Source: the human T2T-CHM13v2.0 reference genome, Homo sapiens. Taken from it: 64,000 bases of DNA. Position 1 is the first letter of the stretch. Each line of letters begins with the position of its first letter. Of the stretch, positions 54,984 to 64,000 are shown piece by piece. The notes beneath the pieces were generated by a model, which was not told the origin of the DNA, made no database searches, and saw only the letters and a list, made by a program, of their open reading frames with translations. The translations under genes and the position numbers were made by a program. The stretch is from the NCBI RefSeq assembly GCF_009914755.1, contig NC_060928.1; one strand, written 5' to 3'.

Positions 54984-55322
54984 GTGTTGCATCTTACCCA
55001 GCATTTTACCTAGTTCATAGAAGGACATTTTTCATACTACACACACCCTGTTTTGCTCTGTTGTATTTCTTGTTAAATGCAGACTTCCTCTCTTCAAAAA
55101 AACAGAAGAAGAAGGAGGATGAGGAGGAGGAATCTGCTTATTAGATTAATGTTTACTCTAAAGCATTTGTTCCCAAAGTCACCAGCTGCTGTGCACTTAA
55201 CATGTTCATATCCTTTTTTTTTTTAAAGTTTAAAGTAACAACACAAGACTTAAGTTGTGCTTTAGCAAGTCCTCTTATTACGAGCATTTCACAAGCAGGT
55301 CAAACCTTTTTAATATATTTGA

Positions 55323-55589
55323 AATTTCACATTTTAGAACTTAAAAAAATGAACAAAAGTCTTTTAAAAGAAATATTTGCCACAGAGAATAAAGTCATTT
55401 AGAATACAAAAGTAAAAAGAACTTTCATAGATAATTTATATTTCATTAAACAACTTGCTCAGAAAGGTATTGAAGAAATAATATATGGATATAGATTCTT
55501 CTCTCTGTTCACTAGAAAGTTGCCTGCAGGATATTCTCAATTAATTTCCATTTTTGATGTCCTATAAATGTAAGATGAATTGCTATAAA
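55323..55589 (+). repeat. Copy 2 (probable donor) of the local duplication
   Basis: Contains the extra 54 bp at 55385-55438. Confidence 0.97.
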
Positions 55590-56571
55590 AATGCAAGACA
55601 TGTGGGTGAGCCTTTATATACATATATCAGTGATGGATTAAACAAATCTAATATGAAAATAAGACAACCTCTCCAGGCTTAGAATATGCTGAATTGGATT
55701 ATCCAAGCAATGCTAGAAATACACATGAAAAATAAGAAGTGTATCTCAAAGGAAAGAGATTGGAAAGTGTTTTGAAATTGTCTGAATATTGTAAATAAAT
55801 TCATTTTATACAATTTGTGATGAAGAATTACACAAAAATGAAACATTTTTGTCAATATACTTAACTTTCAAGAATGACCTGCAAAGAGAAATTATCACTG
55901 TTCAGAAACAGATAAACACTACCTCTACTTCCTTCATTTTTCTATCATAATTCAAAATGCCAAAGGTATATTCCCCCACTAGTTATATGTATATGTATAA
56001 TTTATAAATATATATACACCAGTTGTATTTCCATTAGGCTAAAAATTTCACAAATAGCTCAGAAGTACAGTACTCTTCTTTAAGGGCATACATGAATGTG
56101 CACCACTATTAAAGTATTTCTGTATCAATTCTAAAAAATAAACACACTTGATTAAAATGGTAATGTAATATCTCCTTGATTAGTTAGATTGATGGCTGTA
56201 AAATCTGCTTTAAATTGAGAATTTTGGTTTTAAAAGACCAAAGCAGACAACAAGTAGAACTGAGATACAAAAAAAAAAAATGCAGAAATAATTATCTCTC
56301 AGTTAAAAATTTTATCTTCTGAAATTTATATGTTCTTTCTTGTCTATCTTCTCTCTCAGATCATTTAAACACTTTAATTGCTCTCTATAATATTTTTCTT
56401 CCAATTCTGTATGCAAAGTATTATTTTAAAATGTTTTCTGAAAGTAGGCTTGTATTCATCCCTCTTTATTCTTCTTGTACTCTATTCTAAGGACCAGGCG
56501 GCTTAAACCTAAGGTGGCATCAGCAGATGGCTGTCACTTCTTCCTAGCCTCTGGACGTGTGTTGAACTCGT

Positions 56572-56969
56572 TGTCTTAGTCCACTTTGTGCTACAATAAT
56601 GGAATAGCTCAGACTGGGTAATTTTTACAGAACCATGATTTATTTCTTACAGTTCTGGAGGCTGGGGAGTCCAACATCTAGCAGCCTGCTTTTAATGAGG
56701 GCTTTTTGCAACATCATTCCATGGAGGCAGGCAGGAAAGCAATAGCACAAGTGCTTGAGAAAGAGGAGAAGGTAGCTGGACTAATCCTTCTACAAAACAC
56801 CCACTTCTGCCACCTTATAGCCCCTCTGGTGATAACAGCATTAGTCTATTTATGAGGGTGGAGCCCTCATGACCTAATCGCCTTTTAAAGGCCCCACCTC
56901 TCAACACTATTATACTAGGGATTAAGTTTCCAACCCATAAACTTTAGGGAACACATCCAAATCATGGTA
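56572..56969 (-). mobile_element. MaLR LTR (MSTC/MSTD-like), apparently nested in another old LTR
   Basis: tgtcttagtccac..tttatttcttacagttctggaggctgg..gagggtggagccctcatgacctaatc..ggattaagtttccaac. Confidence 0.88.
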
Positions 56970-57309
56970 CTTGTCCTGCCTGGTTTTAAGGAGCCACACA
57001 AACCCATCCCTGGCAGAGGCCCATAAGCCCTGCTTTAACCTCTAGTTGTGACATACACATGCTGCTATCTTTTCATTCCAATGGCAGACCTTTCCCTATT
57101 CAACAACACTCAGTATTTCTTAAAAATGGAGCATGTTGGGAATCATGGATTCTAGGCTGCTTATCTCATGCCAAGCTGAATGTTAAAAGACTGCCCTTCG
57201 ATTCATCAAATCGGGTTCTCTCTTATCCTTTGTTATTGTACTACCTGCATATTATGTTAGTTATTCTTCTACTCTGCTATTACAGAGCTTTTTAAATGTA
57301 TTGAAAATT

Positions 57310-57572
57310 TCCCCTGCTAAGCCCTGGTTACAGAGGCTTAACTCTCTGTTGAGTCTTCTACCAAACTGATGTTCTTTTCATAAAACTTTTCACCTTCTAA
57401 AACACTATATAATTCAATTATTTATTGTGATTATTAGGTATTATGTGACTTTCAACAATTTCATGTGAATTTCAGAAGAGTAGAGATTTTTTGTGTTCTT
57501 CCTAGGCTTCCAAAAAAGTACCTATCACTTAGTAAGCTGTCAATAAATAGGTATTGAATTAAAAGATGAGTA
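57310..57572 (+). mobile_element. L2 3' end
   Basis: aacactatataattcaattatttattg..aaagtacctatcacttagtaagctgtcaataaataggtattgaatt. Confidence 0.65.
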
Positions 57573-58201
57573 AGACTTAACATACCAAAGTAAAGCCTTT
57601 TCCCTTTTCCCACAGAATTCTCCACCCTTCCCTTAAAGAATTCTAAGTGGTAAGGATATGTCTTTATCTCATATTCTGCTTCCACTTTAATTTATTTTTA
57701 TACTGTAATCTCTGTGTTCTTCCACCAGAATCTTATTGTTATGTAAATAAAACTTAAAGAATACAGAAATATTCTGTTAAAAAATAATAGCTTTAGCAAA
57801 TAACAATTATGCGGATTTGAGTATCCAGAGCCAAACATATGCTAAGAAATCCACCCGCTCAGCCTATTATTTGGCAGCCAGCACACACCTGTCCTCCTTT
57901 AAAGAGCAGCAGGAATCTGGATCTAGCGAGGGGAAATAGCTGCACACTCACCATACTAATGTTGTGAAAGGAAATATGGTGGGCTTAAAGTGGCTAAAGT
58001 GGCTAACTGTTAAGCAATGCCATTTCTTGCTCTAGTAAATTTTAGTTTTATCATCTCAAATAGGATATTTACATTCATTCTAATTTTCCAGCATCTTTTT
58101 CCAAGAAGTTAGGATCTTGTGTATAATTGTAATACAATATTGAAATTTCATGTAATGTAAGGATCTTTTTTCAGAATATCCTTCCAGATATACCAAAGTA
58201 G

Positions 58202-58568
<367 letters not shown>

Positions 58569-58652
58569 AGGAATCAAACTCATTTTCATCTTCCTCAAAT
58601 AGGGTTCAAAAATATTTTCCCTCATTTCTACTGTCCACAATACTGGGTAAAT

Positions 58653-58668
58653 TAGCACCATCTGGGGG
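58653..58668 (-). promoter_or_regulatory. Candidate CTCF motif
   Basis: The reverse complement CCCCCAGATGGTGCTA fits CCRSYAGRKGGCRSYA with 2 mismatches. Confidence 0.25.
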
Positions 58669-58799
58669 TGGGATAGATACACACCTGTGTTTGTCGGAGA
58701 CTCCCTTTCTCCTACTACTACTTCATGCTGTGGCATGAGAAAAATTTCCTAGAGAAAGAAGGAATAAAATTCACTTAGGTCCTTCTTCTTTAATCCAGA

Positions 58800-59568
58800 C
58801 CAGTGAGTCTCAAATTTTAGTCCTCATTAGAATCACCAGGAGGATTTGGTTAAAACAGTGCCAAAAGAATATAAATTATTCTAACATAAAGAAATATGCA
58901 TGTGTATCTTCATCGCAGCACTATTGATGGAATCAAGCCATGTGCCCATGAACGGTAGACTGGATAAATAAAACGTGGTACATATATACCATGGAATACT
59001 ACGTAGCCATAAAAAAGAATGAGATCATGTCCTTTGCAGCAACAAAGGTAGAGTTAGAGGCCATAATCCTACAGAAACTAACACAGGAACAGAAAACCAA
59101 ATGCCACATATGCTTACTTACAAGTAGGAGTTAAACATTGAGAACACATGGACACAAAGAGGAGAACAACAGACACTGGGGCCTACTTGAGGGCGGAGGG
59201 TGGGAGAAGGGAGAGGACTGAAAAAAAGCAAATTGGGTACTATGCTTATTACCTGGGTGACAAAATAATCTGTACATCAAATCACCAGGACACACGTAAT
59301 TTACCTATAAAACAAACCTGCCCATGTAGCCCAAGCTAAAGTTAAAAAATAAACAAATTGTATTATGATGTAAAAAATAAATAAGTAAATAAAAATTATA
59401 TAAGAATGTTTTCACAGAGCTAACAAACAAAAACAGATTGCTGGAACCCATCTTGAGCTTCTGATTCAGTAGTCTGTGAAAGACACTGAGAATTTCAATT
59501 ATTAACACGTTCCTAGATCACTTGATACATATGCTGCTGGTCCAGATGACACACTTTGGAAACCATGG
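58800..59568. mobile_element. MER5A (hAT-Charlie) split by an L1 insertion
   Basis: Left part cagtgagtctcaaa..attagaatcaccaggagg..ttaaaacag; right part aaacagattgctgg..tctgattcagtagtctg..gctgctggtcca..cactttggaaacca. Confidence 0.85.
58859..59430 (+). mobile_element. Old L1PA 3' end with extra 3' sequence
   Basis: tggtacatatataccatggaatactacgtagccataaaaaagaatgagatc..ggggcctacttgagggcggagggtggg; aaaacag repeated on both sides. Confidence 0.88.
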
Positions 59569-60657
59569 TAGATAATTCAACAGCATATCTTTTTAAATTC
59601 TTCTATCAGTTATATGATAAAGCCAAAGGAACCACTGCACTATGTAGTGCTATATAGCACTTATATGAGGCGAAATCTGATTTGTCTTAGACAGACATTT
59701 CAGGTTGTCTTACTGCTTAAACTTTTATTATGTTAAAAACTTTCATTATGGTACCTTCCTTACTCAAAGACAATCACCTAGTATAGTATCACTTAGTATA
59801 ATTCCCAACAGTGAACTACTTAACTGTATATTCTTAATGCAATCTTTTTATTATGAGAAAGTAGACAATTTTTAATAATGCTGGTTAAATTCATAGTAAC
59901 TATATTTTGGGTATAATCTGAGTAAAATGTGAGCAATATTATAATTAATAGCATCTATATTGTTTCTATTTTAGATATTAAGAGGACTTTCTACTCTATT
60001 TCAAAAATAACATTGCTGTAAAAGCAATCTTTTGATTTAGATAATATTATTTGAGCACTTATTATATACCCACTGCTATTTCTTTACATTTATAAGCGCT
60101 TTTGTAAATGATGTACTATAATACATTAAAATTACACTATTTTAAATAAATACAGTAATTGGGAATATAAAAATAATAATTGCATATAGTTATTTTTCAT
60201 ATTTATATTAAATATATAATTATGGATAAATAAAAAAGCTAAAGACATATATGCTAACTTGTAATATAATACTAAACATCAGTAAATGTTTTTAACAACT
60301 CTTTATTAAAGAAATCATTGTAGTCTAATTGTAACAAAATATTGGACTTTAATGTAATGTTTTTACAGAAGGTATCAGTCATGGAGCTATAATATTTTGG
60401 CATAACTTCTTGTTAAGGAGTTTGATCTGAGATACATTCACTCTTTTTGCCATAAAACAAATTTTGCCTAAGGAATTTTACACTTTTAAATTGCTTGGGA
60501 GCTATTAAAAAAGTTGGCCCATAAATTGATCGAAGGTAAATGAATTTAGATTTCAAATTTTACTTCTTAATTGGTTAAAATGTTTCTATTTATTTACCCT
60601 AAATGTTTATGGAAAAGGAAAAATAATATAAAGGTACATGAAAATTTATATCAATCC

Positions 60658-61332
60658 ATTTTTATTTTTAAGTTTAAGTGTTGTGGGTGCATAGTAGGTG
60701 TATATATTTATGGGATATATTGAATATGTTGATATAGGCATATGATCTGTAATAATCACATCAGGGTAAATGGGGTATCCATACCCTCAAGCATTTACAC
60801 TTTGTGTTTCAAACAATTCTATGATATTCTTTTGGTTATTTAAAAATATGCAATTAAATTATAGTTGATTGACTATAGTCATTCTGCTGTGCTATCACAT
60901 ACTCGATATTAATCATTCTTTCTATTTTTTTTTTACAAATTAACCATCCCCACTTCCTTCTAACCCCCCACTACCCTTCCCAGACTCCAGAAACCATATT
61001 CTACTCTCTATCTGTATGAGTTCAATTCTTTTAATTATTAGTTCTCACAAATATGTGAGAACATGTGACATTTGTCTTTCCGTGCCTGGCTTATTTCACT
61101 TAACATAATGACCTCCAGTTCCATTCATGTTGTTGCAAGTAACAGGATCTCATTATTTTATATGGCTGAATAGTAATTTATTGTGTATAAATACCATCTT
61201 TTCTTTATCCCTTAATATGTTGATGGACACTTAGGTTGCTTCCAAATCTTTGCTATTTTGAATAGTGCCACAACTAACATGAGAATGCAGATATTTCTTC
61301 AATATCCTAATTATTTTTCTTTTAAGTATATA
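60658..61332 (-). mobile_element. L1MA (MA2/3-like) 3' end
   Basis: catagtaggtgtatatatttatggg..aataatcacatcagggtaaatggggtatccat..tggcttatttcacttaacataatgacctccagttcc. Confidence 0.9.
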
Positions 61333-63831
61333 ATTTAACCATCTCCAAGAGCAATGTCATGTATATCAGACCAAACATCAGGTATTCTAAACATCAAAAA
61401 GTAGTTAGCATTGGAATTAAACTTAATTGAATATTCTCTCAATCTTTCTAAAGTAATAGTGAATTTGTAAAGTAAACCATTTATATTGATTAGTAGAATT
61501 GTGTTTCACGTATACCTTCCTATATGTATATGTATATTTCTGTATTTTTTAATGCTTGTAGTAACGATTGGAAGGTACACATTCTATATAGGTGGATGTG
61601 CAAATATTCCCAATTACCTATGAATATAAGGTTATAAAAAAGAGAGCCTGCAGAGTACAAAACTGTTCTTCTTTTCTTTTGGATGCTCAGTCCCCCAAAT
61701 AACTTTATTTTATCCAAATTATTTGGAGTATTATTTTTCAATACTCCATATATAGCTTCCCCTTATTGTTCAGCAATGTGATTCTCATATCATCCATGTT
61801 CATGACATTTTTCCTCAACTTTCTAAATCCCTAAGTGTATGTCTCCTTCCAAAGCTTGGAAATCCATCAACCACTTCTACTAGTATTGCTCAGTAATTCA
61901 ATTGTTCAAAATCCCATGCTTGGTATATATTTGATGCATATTCTTTCCCCTAGACAAAAGTATACATACATTATATAAGGTATATATACATATGTGTGTG
62001 TATATATATGTTAGGTATGGTACAAAAACATTTTTACTTTTCATTACATTATGTACCTATGCTTTTTAATCATTTTTCAATGGACTCAATTTTTGCTTTT
62101 GAATAATTGAATGATACATATTTAATGTACACCTTTATTTCAAAATTCAATTTTATTGTGAAAAATCATCCACTACAATAAACATTTTTCCATCATTAAT
62201 GTTCTCTCCAGAAATTAAAAAAAAAGTATTGCTTGCCTAAAAAAGAGCAGTGTTTCTTTGCTGACAGTGTATTTCAAATTATATATGTTTTGTTTTTAAT
62301 TTTCCATTTAAAATAAATTGATAACATGTTCAAAGTACAGGCATTACTATGAAAAATTTAAACACATTTTTATGGTGATGTTTTCAAAATTCAATTACAT
62401 AGTCAATGAAAGACTTTTCATAATTAAATAAGCTTAAATCACTTGAAGCAAAAAAACAATAATTTGTCAAATGCATGTATTTTCCTGTTTCGTGCAAACA
62501 CATTTTAATAGTTCCAGTACTTCGTATATAAATGTATTGATACAGGAACTTGAAACGTTTCTTTGCTAATATGAAGAAAATATTTACACAAGAGAATAAT
62601 TTTTTGTCTGTCATTAAATTTAGCAACTGAAATCATTTATTAAAAACTTTCTATTTCAGGAAGCCCACAGTATTTCACAAGGCATCCAATATTCTTCACC
62701 TCTGCTTTTGAAACTGTGAAGTGTATTGATCCAATCCAATAAGTTCAATGAGAATGTCAGGACTTGTAATACAATTTCTATACCAGTTTAGAGTTTGGCC
62801 AGAACAATAGAAACACTTCAGGAATCACAAGAAGGAAGGAACTTTATTTTAAGTATTGGAGGTTTACAAATCCATTGGGGGAACTAGGGAAGCAGGAGAC
62901 AGAGAGGTGGTTATGAGTGTTCAATAAATCAATAAGTAGGAATCACAAAAACCAGTGATGATAACAACGACTGTCTGCAGCACCTCAATGGTTGTTTCTC
63001 AGAAGGAAAGTAAAAAGATCCTAGGACAATGTGACATTAACCACGTGTCAAAACCAGGTCTGCTTCCCACCAGGACTGATATAAATAAAAATGGCCCCAT
63101 TGTTGTCTTCCTCCATTCCCATCTCACAAAATGTGTTCCATTAGTGGAAGTGAATCTGAGAACCTGAAACATTTAATTCCCAGGCTTAGCCTCTGTTAAC
63201 ACAGGGAAGACACACAGGGTGAAATGAGGCCTAGTTGCTAAGACAGAGGCTAGCGCTGTCCAAACTTTTGGCTACTCTGCATCTGTATAGCCCTTCTACA
63301 TTTATAAACTTTTCAGAAATAGTAGTCAAATAGATGCTTCTACCTAACATAACAGGAATATCTCCTGTAAAAATACTGCAGTACTCACCCTTTTCATCTA
63401 CAAATAAAAATCAAAAATGTCTTTAATTTTTTTTTTATTTCTAAAAGATAGTCTTGCTTTCCAGTTTGGTACTGATACACCTGTGATATCCTATGCAATA
63501 AAGAATAAATTATGGGATTAACCACCCAAACCTTACCTCATAAAATATAATAGTACAGAAAAATGAAGAAGAAAAGTAGAATTTGGTTAATTATAACAAA
63601 TTGAGAAAAATATGCACAGCTGCTATGGTCTTCATTTCTTCCACTTTTCATAAGACCATTTATAAATTCTTATACTACATTTCTCATCCCATTGTGCCTG
63701 CAATCAGCTCTTTAAGAAGTTATAATTTTTCCTTACTTCTTCTATGTTTTACTTATTTCTTTTCCTGTTTTATATTTCAAATGTGGTTAATGGAACATTT
63801 TTCTTTTAGGCAATCTTAATATCTATCATAA

Positions 63832-63975
63832 CCCTTCTTTTCTTTTCTTTTCTTTCTTTCCTTCTTTCGTTCCTTCCTTCTTTCTTTCCTTCTTTTTCTT
63901 TCTTTTTTCTTTTTCTCTTTCTTTCTTTCTTTTTTCTTTCTCTCATTCTTTCTTTCCTTCTCTCTTTCTTTCTTA
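63832..63975 (+). repeat. Polypyrimidine low-complexity tract (TTTC/TTCC)n
   Basis: About 140 bp almost free of purines. Confidence 0.95.
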
Positions 63976-64000
63976 TTTTAGGTATTTCAAATCTTTCTTT

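Noticed and set aside
55385-55438. The 54 bp skip as a spliced intron (processed retrocopy)
   Set aside because: No GT-AG on either strand, too short, and copy 1 has no poly-A or TSD.

Overview
AT-rich, CpG-poor primate (probably human) genomic DNA, gene-poor and dominated by transposable elements. I see no convincing host protein-coding exon, RNA gene or CRISPR-like array. The listed ORFs that have recognisable homology derive from L1, Alu or endogenous retroviruses; the rest look like chance frames. Main contents: (1) a ~6.2 kb internally deleted HERV-K(HML-3)/HERVK9 provirus with two MER9 LTRs on the minus strand (25537-31700), nested inside an ancient ERVL-type element; (2) two further ERVL-type pol remnants; (3) two 5'-inverted (twin-primed) L1 insertions; (4) about 12 Alus, including two young AluYa-lineage copies sharing a non-consensus base; (5) several MaLR LTRs and old L1M/L2/MIR/MER5A fragments; (6) a ~97% identical 212 bp local duplication that looks like a templated repair patch. 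I found no evidence of a new biological system; the most interesting signals are mutational and retrotransposition scars plus two candidate regulatory motifs. Subfamily names come from remembered consensus sequences, and boundaries of old elements are approximate.
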